Shown piece after piece: positions 10,865-20,044 of a DNA stretch of 64,000 bases (the first letter of the stretch is position 1; each line of letters opens with the position of its first letter). This DNA is from Microbacteriaceae bacterium. Its GTDB lineage: Bacteria > Actinomycetota > Actinomycetes > Actinomycetales > Microbacteriaceae. The stretch is from the NCBI GenBank assembly GCA_050245915.1, contig JBFWWZ010000007.1, positions 4,647 through 68,646 on the forward strand, in the 5' to 3' direction. Below the pieces are notes generated by a model. It was not told the DNA's origin, made no database searches, and saw only the letters and a program-made list of their open reading frames with translations. The position numbers and the translations under genes are program-made.

Positions 10865-11416
10865 ATGCTCCCCGAGACGCTGAGCGGCGACCGGCTGGCG
10901 CTGTCGATGCCCCTCGAGAACGACCTGAACCGCATCACCGGGTACTGCACGGACCCGGAGTTCGAACGCTTCCTCACCACGCCGTGGCCCTACACCCGCG
11001 CCCACGCCGAATCGTTCGTGCGCGACTACGTGCCGCGCGCCTGGGAGGACGACACCGAGTACACCTGGGCGGTGCGCGAGACCGAGACCGGGCCGCTGCT
11101 CGGCATGATCTCGTGGCGCCGGCGCGGCGACCTCGGCTACTGGATGGGCGCGCCGCACCGCGGGCGGGGTTACACCAGCGAGGCGGTCGCCATCGTCATC
11201 GAGTGGGTGTTCGGGTCGGGGCTCGCGACGCGGATCGGGTGGGAGTCCTTCGCGGGCAACCTGGCCTCCGCGCGGGTCGCGCAGCGTGCCGGGTTCACCT
11301 TCACCGGTACGGGACCGCTCGATCAGCCGGCGCGCGACGGCTCGCACCCCGACGGCTGGCACGCGGTGCTCGGCCGCGACGACGACCGCTCCGTCAAGGA
11401 CGGCTGGCCGCTGTGA
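10865..11416 (+). CDS. GNAT family N-acetyltransferase (RimJ/RimL-like)
   Basis: 183 aa with an acetyl-CoA binding-type segment GYWMGAPHRGRGYTSEAV. The ATG lies 1 nt after the trpS stop. Confidence 0.8.
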   Translation: MLPETLSGDRLALSMPLENDLNRITGYCTDPEFERFLTTPWPYTRAHAESFVRDYVPRAWEDDTEYTWAVRETETGPLLGMISWRRRGDLGYWMGAPHRGRGYTSEAVAIVIEWVFGSGLATRIGWESFAGNLASARVAQRAGFTFTGTGPLDQPARDGSHPDGWHAVLGRDDDRSVKDGWPL

Positions 11417-12129
11417 CGCTCCCCGTCGTCATGTTCGACCTCGACGACACCCTGTTCCAGCACCGGGAGTCGGTGGTGGCGGGCATCCACGGGCACCGCT
11501 CGGCGCTCGGCGGGGTGCTCGCCGCGATCGACGCGCGCGCCGCCGCAGAGCACTGGAACGCCCTGGAGGAGGAGCACTACCACCGCTACCTCACCGGCGA
11601 GCTCGACTACCTGGGTCAGCGGCGGGCGCGCGCACGCGGGTTCGTCGAGCGGCACGGTCTCGCGATCGACGACGACGCTGCGGCCGAGGCCTGGTTCGAG
11701 GACTACCTGGTGCATTACCGCGCGGCATGGGCGCTGCACGCCGACGTGCTCCCCTGCCTCGAGGCGCTGCGTCCGGCGAGGTTCGGGCTGATCACGAACG
11801 GCGAGCGGGCGTTCCAGCAGGCGAAGATCGACAGCGTCGGGCTCGGGGCGTGGCTCGACGACATCGTCGCCAGCGGCGAGGCCGGGATCACGAAACCCGA
11901 TCCCCGGATCTTCGCCCTCGCCTGCGAACGGCAGGGCGTCGCGCCGGCCGATGCCGCGTACGTCGGCGACCGGCTGCACACCGACGCGATCGGGGCGACC
12001 GCGGCGGGGCTGCGCGGGGTGTGGATCGACAGGCTCGGCGCCGCCACGGCTGCGGAGCTCGCGGAGGCGGCGGCCGCGGGCGTGCCGGTGATCCGCACGC
12101 TGCACGAGCTGCCGGGAATACTCGTCTGA
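11413..12129 (+). CDS. HAD family hydrolase
   Basis: DxDxT motif MFDLDDTLF, a later ITNG motif and a GDRLHTD acidic motif. GTG 11413 overlaps the GNAT TGA; ATG 11431 is an alternative start. Confidence 0.8.
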   Translation: MTLPVVMFDLDDTLFQHRESVVAGIHGHRSALGGVLAAIDARAAAEHWNALEEEHYHRYLTGELDYLGQRRARARGFVERHGLAIDDDAAAEAWFEDYLVHYRAAWALHADVLPCLEALRPARFGLITNGERAFQQAKIDSVGLGAWLDDIVASGEAGITKPDPRIFALACERQGVAPADAAYVGDRLHTDAIGATAAGLRGVWIDRLGAATAAELAEAAAAGVPVIRTLHELPGILV

Positions 12130-12154
12130 GACCCGCGTTGTACGATGTGACCAC

Positions 12155-12290
12155 GAAGCACGTGCTCCGGGGGCGGTGAAATTCCGCGCCGGCGGTGACA
12201 GTCCGCGAACGCCTCATCCTCGGGTGGGGCGCCGATCCGGTGGAATTCCGGGACCGACGGTGAAAGTCCGGATGGGAGGCGCACGAAGCG
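12155..12290 (+). promoter_or_regulatory. FMN riboswitch (RFN element)
   Basis: Conserved cores GGGGCGGTGAAATTCCGCGCCGGCGGT, AGTCCGCGA, GATCCGGTGGAATTCCGGGACCGACGGTGAAAGTCCGGATGGGAGG. It lies directly upstream of ribD. Confidence 0.88.
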
Positions 12291-12353
12291 CATCGGCGAC
12301 GATGCGCGGGTTCACGACCCATTTCCCCGGAACACCCGACCAAGGGATTCCGG

Positions 12354-13385
12354 ATGACGAGCGCACCGTACGACGCAGCGATGCGGCGCGCGCTCGAGCT
12401 CGCCGGTCAGGGTCCGGTCGTCGGCGGCAACCCGCAGGTGGGGGCGGTGCTCCTGGATGCCGCGGGCACCATCGTCGCGGAAGGCTGGCACCGCGGCACC
12501 GGCACCCCGCACGCCGAGGTCGATGCCCTGAGCAAGGTGGCCGACGCGCGGGGCCTGACCGCCGTGGTCACGCTCGAGCCGTGCAACCACACCGGCCACA
12601 CCGGCCCGTGCAGCCTCGCCCTCATCGATGCCGGTGTGAAGCGCGTGGTGTACGCCATCACCGACCCCGGCCGCGAGAGCGCCGGCGGCGCCGACCGGCT
12701 GCGCGCCGCGGGCGTCGAGGTGGTCTCCGGTGTGCTCGCCGCCGAGGCGGAGACGCTGCTGCACCGCTGGCTGACCGCCGTGCGGCGCGGGCGGCCCTGG
12801 GTCACGGTGAAGTGGGCCTCGACGCTCGATGGCCGCGCCGCAGCCGCCGACGGCAGCAGCCAGTGGATCACCGGCACCGCCGCCCGGCAGCGGGTGCACG
12901 AGCAGCGTGCCGCGAACGACGCGATCCTCACCGGAACCGGTACGGTGCTGGCCGACGACCCCAGCCTCACCGCACGCGGGGATGGCGGCGAGCTGCTGCA
13001 GCATCAGCCGGTTCCCGTCGTCGTCGGCGAGCGGGAGATCCCGGCGGACGCGGCCGTCCGCCGCCACCCGGCGGGCCTCATCGAGACCCGCAGCCGGGAC
13101 CTCACCGCCGTGCTGTCCGACCTGGACGCCCGCGGCATCCGGCGCGTGTTCGTCGAGGCGGGCCCGTCGCTCGTGACCGCGCTGATCGCGCAGGGTCTCG
13201 CCGACGAGTACGCCGTGTACCTGGCGCCCGCTCTGCTGGGAGGCGACCGGGTCGCGATCGGCGACCTCGGCATCCCGACCCTGGGGGCCGCCCGTCGCCT
13301 GACACTCGAGGGCGTCGAGGTGCTGGGAGACGACGTGCTGATCACCGCGGTGTCGACAGGCTCGACCACCGAGAAAGAGGACTGA
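12354..13385 (+). CDS. ribD: Bifunctional diaminohydroxyphosphoribosylaminopyrimidine deaminase / 5-amino-6-(5-phosphoribosylamino)uracil reductase
   Basis: 343 aa with the deaminase zinc motifs HAEVDAL and LEPCNHTGHTGPC, plus a C-terminal reductase domain. Confidence 0.93.
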   Translation: MTSAPYDAAMRRALELAGQGPVVGGNPQVGAVLLDAAGTIVAEGWHRGTGTPHAEVDALSKVADARGLTAVVTLEPCNHTGHTGPCSLALIDAGVKRVVYAITDPGRESAGGADRLRAAGVEVVSGVLAAEAETLLHRWLTAVRRGRPWVTVKWASTLDGRAAAADGSSQWITGTAARQRVHEQRAANDAILTGTGTVLADDPSLTARGDGGELLQHQPVPVVVGEREIPADAAVRRHPAGLIETRSRDLTAVLSDLDARGIRRVFVEAGPSLVTALIAQGLADEYAVYLAPALLGGDRVAIGDLGIPTLGAARRLTLEGVEVLGDDVLITAVSTGSTTEKED

Positions 13386-13984
13386 TGTTCACCGGCATCA
13401 TCGAAGAACTCGGCGAGGTCGTCGCCTGGGATCGCGACGGCGACGCCGCGCGCATCACCGTGCGGGCGCCGCTCGCGACGAGCGATGCGACGCACGGCGA
13501 CTCCATCTCGGTCGGCGGGGTGTGCCTCACCGTCGTCGACCAGGGGGCCGACTGGTTCACCGCGGATGTCATGGGCGTCACCATCGCCATGAGCACCCTC
13601 GGCGACGTCACGGTCGGCGACCGCGTCAACATCGAACGCGCCGCACAGGTCGGCGACCGGCTGGGCGGCCACATCGTGCAGGGGCACATCGACGGCACCA
13701 GCACCGTGCTGAGCGTCACGCCGCAGGAAGGCTGGACGGTCGTGCGCTTCAGCCTCGACCCCGAGCACGCGCCGCTCGTCGCCCGCAAAGGCTCGATCGC
13801 GGTGTCCGGCGTGAGCCTCACCGTCAGCGCCGTCGGCGACGACTGGTTCGAGGTGTCGCTGATCCCCGAGACCCTGACCGCGACCACGCTCGGGGCCCTC
13901 TCCCCCGGCGACCGCGTGAACATCGAGACCGACATCCTGGCGCGACACGTGGCCAGGATGCGCGAACTGGAGGAGAAGAAATGA
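13385..13984 (+). CDS. ribE: Riboflavin synthase
   Basis: 199 aa starting MFTGIIEE, with two lumazine-binding repeats (GDSISVGGVCLTV, GSIAVSGVSLTV). ATGA-type overlap with ribD. Confidence 0.93.
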   Translation: MFTGIIEELGEVVAWDRDGDAARITVRAPLATSDATHGDSISVGGVCLTVVDQGADWFTADVMGVTIAMSTLGDVTVGDRVNIERAAQVGDRLGGHIVQGHIDGTSTVLSVTPQEGWTVVRFSLDPEHAPLVARKGSIAVSGVSLTVSAVGDDWFEVSLIPETLTATTLGALSPGDRVNIETDILARHVARMRELEEKK

Positions 13985-15264
13985 GCCTGTCCGAGGTCCC
14001 CGTCGCGCTGGAAGCACTGCGGGCCGGCCGACCCATCATCGTCGCCGACGATGAGGGCCGCGAGAACGAAGGCGACGTGATCATCTCCGCCGAGCTCGCC
14101 TCGCAGGAGGCCGTCGCCTGGATGGTGAAGGTCACCTCCGGCTACCTCTGCGCACCCCTGACCAACGAGATCGCCGACCGGCTCGGCCTGCCGCTGATGG
14201 TCGAGGCGAACCAGGACCCGCGCGGCACGGCGTACACGGTCAGCGTGGATGCCGCGGACCGACTCAGCACCGGGATCAGCGCCAGCGACCGGGCCCACAC
14301 CCTGCGCGTGCTGGCCGACGGCGCGTCGACCCCCGCCAGCCTCATCCGCCCCGGCCACATCCTGCCGCTGCGGGCCGTCGACGGCGGCGTGCGCGAACGC
14401 GACGGCCACACCGAGGCCGCCGTCGACCTGATGAAGCTCGCCGGCCTCACCCCGGTCGCGGCGATCGGCGAGATCGTCGACGAGGACGGCGAGATGATGC
14501 GCCTGCCCGGGCTCATCGCGATGGGCGAGCGCGACGACGTGCCGGTCATCACCATCGAGTCGCTCATCCGGTTCATGGAGGAGCGCAAATGCGAGAAGGA
14601 CCCGACCGCGCAGATCGAGGTGCCCGAGTTCCAGCGGGTCACCTTCGAGGTGGAGACGAACGTCCCCACCGAGCACGGCACCTTCCGCGTGCGCGCCTAC
14701 CGTGACCGCTCCACCGGCGCCGACCACGTCGCCTGGATCAAGGGCGACCCGAAAGACGGGACGCTCGTGCGGGTGCACTCGGAGTGCCTGACCGGTGAGG
14801 CGTTCGGTTCGCAGAAGTGCGAATGCGGGCCGCAGCTGCAGTCGGCGCTCAACACCATCGACGACGAGGGCGGCGTCGTCATCTACCTGCGCGGACACGA
14901 GGGCCGTGGAATCGGCCTGATCAACAAGCTGAAGGCCTACCGCCTGCAGGAGGACGGCTACGACACCCTCGACGCGAACCTCGCCCTCGGCCTGCCCGCC
15001 GACGCCCGCGACTACGGGGCCGCCACCGGCATCCTGAAGGATCTCGGGATCTCGCGGGTGCGCCTGCTCAGCAACAACCCCGAGAAGGCGCGCCAGCTCG
15101 AGGAGCGCGGCGTGACCGTGACCGAGCTGGTTCCGCTGGTCGTCGGGGTCGGCGAGTTCAACGAGGGCTACCTCGACGCCAAGCGCGACCGCATGGGTCA
15201 CGCGCTCCCCACCCACGATGTGCTCGACGAGGTACTGCAGTCCTCGCTGGAAGGAAACTCATGA
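13981..15264 (+). CDS. ribBA: Bifunctional 3,4-dihydroxy-2-butanone-4-phosphate synthase / GTP cyclohydrolase II
   Basis: 427 aa with the DHBPS motif GRENEGDVI and the GCHII zinc site VHSECLTGEAFGSQKCECG. Confidence 0.93.
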   Translation: MSLSEVPVALEALRAGRPIIVADDEGRENEGDVIISAELASQEAVAWMVKVTSGYLCAPLTNEIADRLGLPLMVEANQDPRGTAYTVSVDAADRLSTGISASDRAHTLRVLADGASTPASLIRPGHILPLRAVDGGVRERDGHTEAAVDLMKLAGLTPVAAIGEIVDEDGEMMRLPGLIAMGERDDVPVITIESLIRFMEERKCEKDPTAQIEVPEFQRVTFEVETNVPTEHGTFRVRAYRDRSTGADHVAWIKGDPKDGTLVRVHSECLTGEAFGSQKCECGPQLQSALNTIDDEGGVVIYLRGHEGRGIGLINKLKAYRLQEDGYDTLDANLALGLPADARDYGAATGILKDLGISRVRLLSNNPEKARQLEERGVTVTELVPLVVGVGEFNEGYLDAKRDRMGHALPTHDVLDEVLQSSLEGNS

Positions 15265-15743
15265 GCGGCAACGGCGAACCCACGGCCGACGAGCTCGGTC
15301 TCGCGACCGACGGGTCGGGGCTGAAGATCACGATCGTGTCGGGCCTCTGGCACACCCGCATCTCGGAGGGGCTCCTCGGCGGCGCCCGCTCGGTGCTCGA
15401 CGCGTCCGGGGCCGAGGTGACGCTGGTGCAGGTGCCGGGCAGCTTCGAGCTGCCGGTCGCCGCCCTCGCGGCGCTGACCGGCGGGGCGGATGCCGTGGTC
15501 GCCCTCGGCGTCATCGTGCGCGGCGAGACCCCGCACTTCGACTACGTCGCGTCCGCCGCGACCGACGGCCTCACCCGCGTCGCACTCGACACCGGCAAGC
15601 CGGTGGGGTTCGGCGTGCTCACCGTCGACACCGAGCAGCAGGGCCTCGACCGGGCCGGGCTGCCGGACTCGAAGGAGGACGTCGGGGCGCGCGCCGCCGA
15701 GGCCGCGCTCGCGATGGTGCACGTGCTGCGGGGCATCGGCTAG
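15261..15743 (+). CDS. ribH: 6,7-dimethyl-8-ribityllumazine synthase
   Basis: 160 aa with VPGSFELP and VIVRGETPHFDYV. 4-nt overlap with ribBA. Confidence 0.92.
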   Translation: MSGNGEPTADELGLATDGSGLKITIVSGLWHTRISEGLLGGARSVLDASGAEVTLVQVPGSFELPVAALAALTGGADAVVALGVIVRGETPHFDYVASAATDGLTRVALDTGKPVGFGVLTVDTEQQGLDRAGLPDSKEDVGARAAEAALAMVHVLRGIG

Positions 15744-15838
15744 CTGGCGCCGGATCCGGGCGAGTTCGGACGGTGCGGGCGTCTTCGGTCGCCCGGTCGA
15801 GCCGAACCCGCCCGTTTTCGGGCTCGTAGGATGTCGGC

Positions 15839-16573
15839 ATGACGCGCGCTGTGCTGGGGGCCCTGGTCGCATCCACCGTTCTGCTGCTGACGGGCTGCGG
15901 GTTCGGCCCCACGGCGATGCAGAAATCCGTCGACCTCATCTTCGAGGTCGAGTTCTCGCAGTCGCAGGCGGTGCTCGGGTTCGACGACTCCGAGCACACG
16001 ATCGAGGAGGGCGATCCCGCACTCGCCTCGTTCATCGCGTTGCTGAAGGCGCACGACGTTCAGCCGTGGACGTACGAGCCGCGCGAGACGGGAGGGTGCG
16101 CCGGCGGGATCACCACCACCGTGCACCTGCTGTACCACGGCGCCGGTGAGGACACGATGGTGATCGACAGCTGCGCGGCCGAGGACGGCAGCTTCGAGGC
16201 GGAGGCGACGGCGCTCTTCAGTGGCGTCCGCGAGGCGCAGGCCACCGCGTTCCCCAACTCCGACATCGTGTCGCTGACCTTCTCGCAGTTCCAGTCGATC
16301 CCCGACTTCGACACGTCCGAGCACCTCCAGGACCACCCCCAGCAGGTCGCCCGATTCACCGACCTGCTGGATGAGAACGGGGTCGTCTGGTCGGAGGGGG
16401 TCGACCCGTCGCTGCTCGGCGAACCGTGCCCCGGCTCCATCACCACCGAGATCACCGCGCAGTACTCCGGCACGGACATCGTCGTCGGCCCCGTGACGAT
16501 CGGCGGATGCGGTGAGGTGAGCTTCGTCGACGAGGTGACCGCGCTGTTCTCGGAGTGGCGCCAGACCTCCTAG
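15839..16573 (+). CDS. Lipoprotein of unknown function with an internal two-fold domain duplication
   Basis: 244 aa. Signal peptide with lipobox LLTGC. Residues ~33-132 and ~143-241 align with each other (DSEHTIEEG/TSEHLQDHP; C-x-G-x-ITT; C...F..E.TALFS). Confidence 0.75.
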   Translation: MTRAVLGALVASTVLLLTGCGFGPTAMQKSVDLIFEVEFSQSQAVLGFDDSEHTIEEGDPALASFIALLKAHDVQPWTYEPRETGGCAGGITTTVHLLYHGAGEDTMVIDSCAAEDGSFEAEATALFSGVREAQATAFPNSDIVSLTFSQFQSIPDFDTSEHLQDHPQQVARFTDLLDENGVVWSEGVDPSLLGEPCPGSITTEITAQYSGTDIVVGPVTIGGCGEVSFVDEVTALFSEWRQTS

Positions 16574-16585
16574 TCGCCAGACCTC

Positions 16586-17407
16586 CTAATCGAGGAACAA
16601 CGCCCGAAGCCGCCGCGTCGTGAACAGCAGCCCGACCGCGATCATCACCGCGTAGTACAGCAGATGCACGAGCATCGCCGGCCCGAGCACGCCGGTGGTG
16701 AGTCCACGGACCAGCTCCACCCCGTGCCACAGCGGGAGCGCCTGAACGACCCATTGCACCGGCTCGGGATAGACGGTGATCGGGTAGAACGTCGCCGACA
16801 GCAGGAACATCGGCAGCAGCACGAACTGGATCCAGTCCATCTGCTGGAACGTCTTCATGTAGCTGGTGATCCCCATGCCGAGGCTCGCGAACCCGAACGC
16901 GACGACGAGCAGCGCCGGCAGGGCGAGCACCGCTGTCCACGACAGGTTCAGGCCGGCGAACTGCATCACCAGCAGGAAGCCGAGCCCGTACGCGCCGCCG
17001 CGCAGCAGCGCCAGCGTGATCTCGCCGAGCGCCACGTCGAGCGGCCCGAGGCTGGTGGCGAGCATGCCCTCGTAGGTCTTCGCGTGATTGAGCTTGAAGA
17101 ACACGTTCCAGGTGGAGTCGTAGATCGCGCCGTTCATCGCCGAGACGGCGAGCAGGGCGGGCGCGATGTATGCGGCGTACGGGATCTCGGCGCCCGACGC
17201 ATCCTGAACCGTGCCGACGTACGCACCCAGCCCGACGCCGAGCGAGAGCAGGTAGAAGATCGGCTCGACGAAGCCGGTCAGCACCACGATCCAGTTGGTG
17301 CTCTTGGTCGCGAGGAGGCCGCGGCCCACCACCGCGCGAGAGTTGCCGGCGTACAACGAGGTGACGCCGCGCCGGCGGGTCTCGACGGGCTCGACCACCG
17401 ATGTCAT
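16586..17407 (-). CDS. ABC-2 type transporter permease
   Basis: 273 aa starting from ATG 17407 (ATGA overlap with the upstream permease stop), with 6 hydrophobic helices. The N-terminal part of the 443-aa ORF was discarded as out-of-context Arg-rich sequence. Confidence 0.85.
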   Translation of the reverse strand: MTSVVEPVETRRRGVTSLYAGNSRAVVGRGLLATKSTNWIVVLTGFVEPIFYLLSLGVGLGAYVGTVQDASGAEIPYAAYIAPALLAVSAMNGAIYDSTWNVFFKLNHAKTYEGMLATSLGPLDVALGEITLALLRGGAYGLGFLLVMQFAGLNLSWTAVLALPALLVVAFGFASLGMGITSYMKTFQQMDWIQFVLLPMFLLSATFYPITVYPEPVQWVVQALPLWHGVELVRGLTTGVLGPAMLVHLLYYAVMIAVGLLFTTRRLRALFLD

Positions 17408-18228
17408 GAGTCGAGCCTCTTCGTCGCGATGCGCACCGCCAGCCGCCACCCGGCGACGGCGAGCGCCACCAGGTACACGACGTGGATGACGGTGAGCCAG
17501 ATCGGCTCCGTCGCGCCGTACGTGAACTGGCGTCCCAGCTCGGTGCCGTGCCAGACCGGCGAGATCCAGCCGATCCACTGCAGGAAGAACGGCAGCTGGT
17601 CGAGAGGGAACATCGTGCCGCTGAAGAGGGTGAGCGGCAGCACCACGACCCGGCCGATCACGGCGAACTGCCCCTTGTCTTCGGTGATCGATGCGCTGTA
17701 CGCCATGATCGGCGTGCCGAGCGCCAGCCCGGCCAGGATCGAGGTCAGGATGACGCCCGCGCCGAGCGGCGACGGCACCGCTCCGAAGAGGGTCATCACC
17801 ACGAAGTAGGCGACCGACGGGATCGCCATGCGCAGCACCACGAACAGGACCGTGCCGTCGATGATCTGCCGGCCGCTGAGCGGTGCCGCGTTCATCGCGA
17901 TGAAGAACGGGTTCCATTTGAATCCGAGCAGGATCGGGTAGGTGAATTCCATGGCGGCGATGCCGACGACCGACATGACGATGAGCGCCGGCGCCACGAA
18001 GGTCAGGTAGCTGACGCCGTCGACCAGGCCGGCGTTGGCGGAGACGAGGGTGCCGATGCCGATGCCGAACGCGAACAGGTAGATGAAGGGGGTGCCGATC
18101 GCGGTCGCGATGATCGAGCTGCGGTAGTTGCGCATGACGCGCACCTGGTGCTCGAAGACGTACAGGGCTCCGTTGCGGCGGACCCTCGCGGGATTGATCT
18201 CGACGGGCTCGATCACCGGGTGGCTCAT
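17404..18228 (-). CDS. ABC-2 type transporter permease
   Basis: 274 aa, 6 helices, paralogous in layout to the downstream permease. 4-nt overlap with the ATPase gene. Confidence 0.85.
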   Translation of the reverse strand: MSHPVIEPVEINPARVRRNGALYVFEHQVRVMRNYRSSIIATAIGTPFIYLFAFGIGIGTLVSANAGLVDGVSYLTFVAPALIVMSVVGIAAMEFTYPILLGFKWNPFFIAMNAAPLSGRQIIDGTVLFVVLRMAIPSVAYFVVMTLFGAVPSPLGAGVILTSILAGLALGTPIMAYSASITEDKGQFAVIGRVVVLPLTLFSGTMFPLDQLPFFLQWIGWISPVWHGTELGRQFTYGATEPIWLTVIHVVYLVALAVAGWRLAVRIATKRLDS

Positions 18229-19148
18229 TCGATCAGGCTCCGCCCGGTGAGCCGCAGGAACACATCCTCCAGCGAGGAACGCCGCACGAGCGAGGTCAGC
18301 GGCTGGAGCCCGCGGCGCGTCACCTCGACCAGCGCCTTCTCACCGTCGTCGGCATAGACCAGCACCCGGTCGGGCAGCACCTCGAGCCGTTCGCCGACGC
18401 CGTCGAGCTTGCCGGCGGCGCCCGCGTTCTGGTCGGAGCCGAACCGCACCTCGAGCACCTCGCGCGTCGAGTACTGCTTGATGAGCGCGGCGGGCGCCCC
18501 CTCCGCCATGATGCGGCCCTTGTCGACGACGATGAGCCGGTCGCAGAGCTGCTCGGCCTCGTCCATGTAGTGGGTGGTGAGCACCAGCGTCGTGCCCTGC
18601 TCTTTGAGCCGGAACAGCCGGTCCCACAAAATGTGCCGCGCCTGCGGGTCGAGCCCGGTGGTCGGCTCGTCGAGCAGCAGGATGCGGGGGTCGTTGATGA
18701 GGGCGCGCGCGATGGTGAGGCGGCGCTTCATGCCGCCGGACAGGTCGTCGACCTTCGCCCCCGCCCGGTCGGAGAGCTGGGCGAATTCGAGGAGCTCGTC
18801 GGCGCGCGTGCGCAGGTACTTCAGCGGCAGGCCGAAATACCGGCCGTAGACGATCAGGTTCTCGCGGACCCGCAGTTCGGCGTCGAGGTTGTCCGTCTGG
18901 GGCACGACCCCGAGCCGCGACCGGATCTCGGGGCCGAAATCGTTCGGGTCCATGTCGAGGATGCGCAGCTCGCCGCCGCTGCGCGTCGAGACCGCGCCCA
19001 CCATCCGCATCGTGGTCGACTTGCCCGCGCCGTTCGGCCCGAGCAGCCCGAACGATTCGCCGGGTGCCACCTCGAACGAGATGCCGTCGACCGCGGCCGT
19101 CTCGCCGTAGCGTTTGACGAGGTCGGAGGCGACGATGACGGCAGGCAC
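18225..19148 (-). CDS. ABC transporter ATP-binding protein (DrrA/Rv2688c-like)
   Basis: 307 aa with Walker A GPNGAGKST, signature LSGGMKRRL and Walker B ILLLDEPTTGLD. GTG start. Confidence 0.92.
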   Translation of the reverse strand: MPAVIVASDLVKRYGETAAVDGISFEVAPGESFGLLGPNGAGKSTTMRMVGAVSTRSGGELRILDMDPNDFGPEIRSRLGVVPQTDNLDAELRVRENLIVYGRYFGLPLKYLRTRADELLEFAQLSDRAGAKVDDLSGGMKRRLTIARALINDPRILLLDEPTTGLDPQARHILWDRLFRLKEQGTTLVLTTHYMDEAEQLCDRLIVVDKGRIMAEGAPAALIKQYSTREVLEVRFGSDQNAGAAGKLDGVGERLEVLPDRVLVYADDGEKALVEVTRRGLQPLTSLVRRSSLEDVFLRLTGRSLIE

Positions 19149-19204
19149 GCGGTCAGCCTACGAAATCTCACCGACAACGCCACGACATCCCTAGGCTGAG
19201 CGCC

Positions 19205-19996
19205 ATGCGCAGCCGCAGCGTCCTCGCCCTCGCCGTCCCGTGCCTGCTGCTGAGCGCGTGCGCGCCGGCGGCGCCCGCCGAATCCCCGGAGCCGCCCAGC
19301 CCGAGCCCGGCCGAGACGGAGTTCACGGGCGGCGTCGCCATCGAGCTGCCCGCGGATGGGCTGATGGGCGTTCACGCGACGCTGACCGCGCTCACCGGTG
19401 CCACCCTGGAGCTGACGATGATCGTGCACCGGGGCATCCCGGCGACCGATCCCCAGGCGGCGGCCGATGTGGCCGCGGTGGAGGCATGGTGCTCGGGCGA
19501 GCTCGAGGCCGCGATCATGACCGACCAGGGATACACCCTGACGACAGTCGACGTGAGCGCGACTCCGGGCAGCGGCGACTGGCCGGCAGGAGCGTCGGTG
19601 CTGCTGTACCCCGTCGCCTGGGAGCGGGCCTCGCTGACCGCGACGGGCGACCTCCAGCAGCTCCAGCCCGCCGACGCCTCGGAGGGCGAGTACATCCCGC
19701 ACTGCCTCACGCCGGTGACGCTGGCCGGTCCGGGCGCGGGCACCATCCTCGTGGCCATCCCCGGCGACGCGGACGGCGATGGGGACGGGACGCCGCCGCT
19801 CGGCGGCTGGGCCCACAACCTGTATGGAGCGGACTCGACACTCCCCGGCGGGACCCTCTCCGGGGTGACCTTCTCGAACTGCTACATCGAGGTCAGCGAC
19901 CTGGGCGCCTCGCTGGGGGCGGGCACCACGCCCGGCTGGAACACCTGGTTCGACGACCCCACGTACTGCTCGGTGGGTTCGTTCGGCCAGGGCTGA
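19205..19996 (+). CDS. Lipoprotein of unknown function
   Basis: 263 aa. Signal peptide with lipobox LLSAC, a Pro/Ser-rich linker and several Cys in the mature part. Divergent from the ABC-2 operon (56-bp spacer). Confidence 0.7.
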   Translation: MRSRSVLALAVPCLLLSACAPAAPAESPEPPSPSPAETEFTGGVAIELPADGLMGVHATLTALTGATLELTMIVHRGIPATDPQAAADVAAVEAWCSGELEAAIMTDQGYTLTTVDVSATPGSGDWPAGASVLLYPVAWERASLTATGDLQQLQPADASEGEYIPHCLTPVTLAGPGAGTILVAIPGDADGDGDGTPPLGGWAHNLYGADSTLPGGTLSGVTFSNCYIEVSDLGASLGAGTTPGWNTWFDDPTYCSVGSFGQG

Positions 19997-20042
19997 CGTC
20001 AACCTGAGTTGACGCCGCGTCCGGCGTCAACTACGGTTGACA
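19997..20042. promoter_or_regulatory. Two tandem 18-bp palindromes CGTCAAC-N4-GTTGAC(G/A), overlapping a putative -35 TTGACG / -10 TACGGT promoter
   Basis: Site 1 is 19997-20014 (perfect 7+7). Site 2 is 20025-20042 (6 of 7). The -35 is 20009-20014, the spacer is 17 nt, and the -10 is 20032-20037, which ends 7 nt before ATG 20045. Confidence 0.5.
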
Positions 20043-20044
20043 GC

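Noticed and set aside
20009-20044. ORF-track start (20009) for the small HTH protein
   Set aside because: These 12 codons lie within the twin palindromes and the putative -35/-10 elements. ATG 20045 sits at the leaderless distance from the -10. This is not proven.
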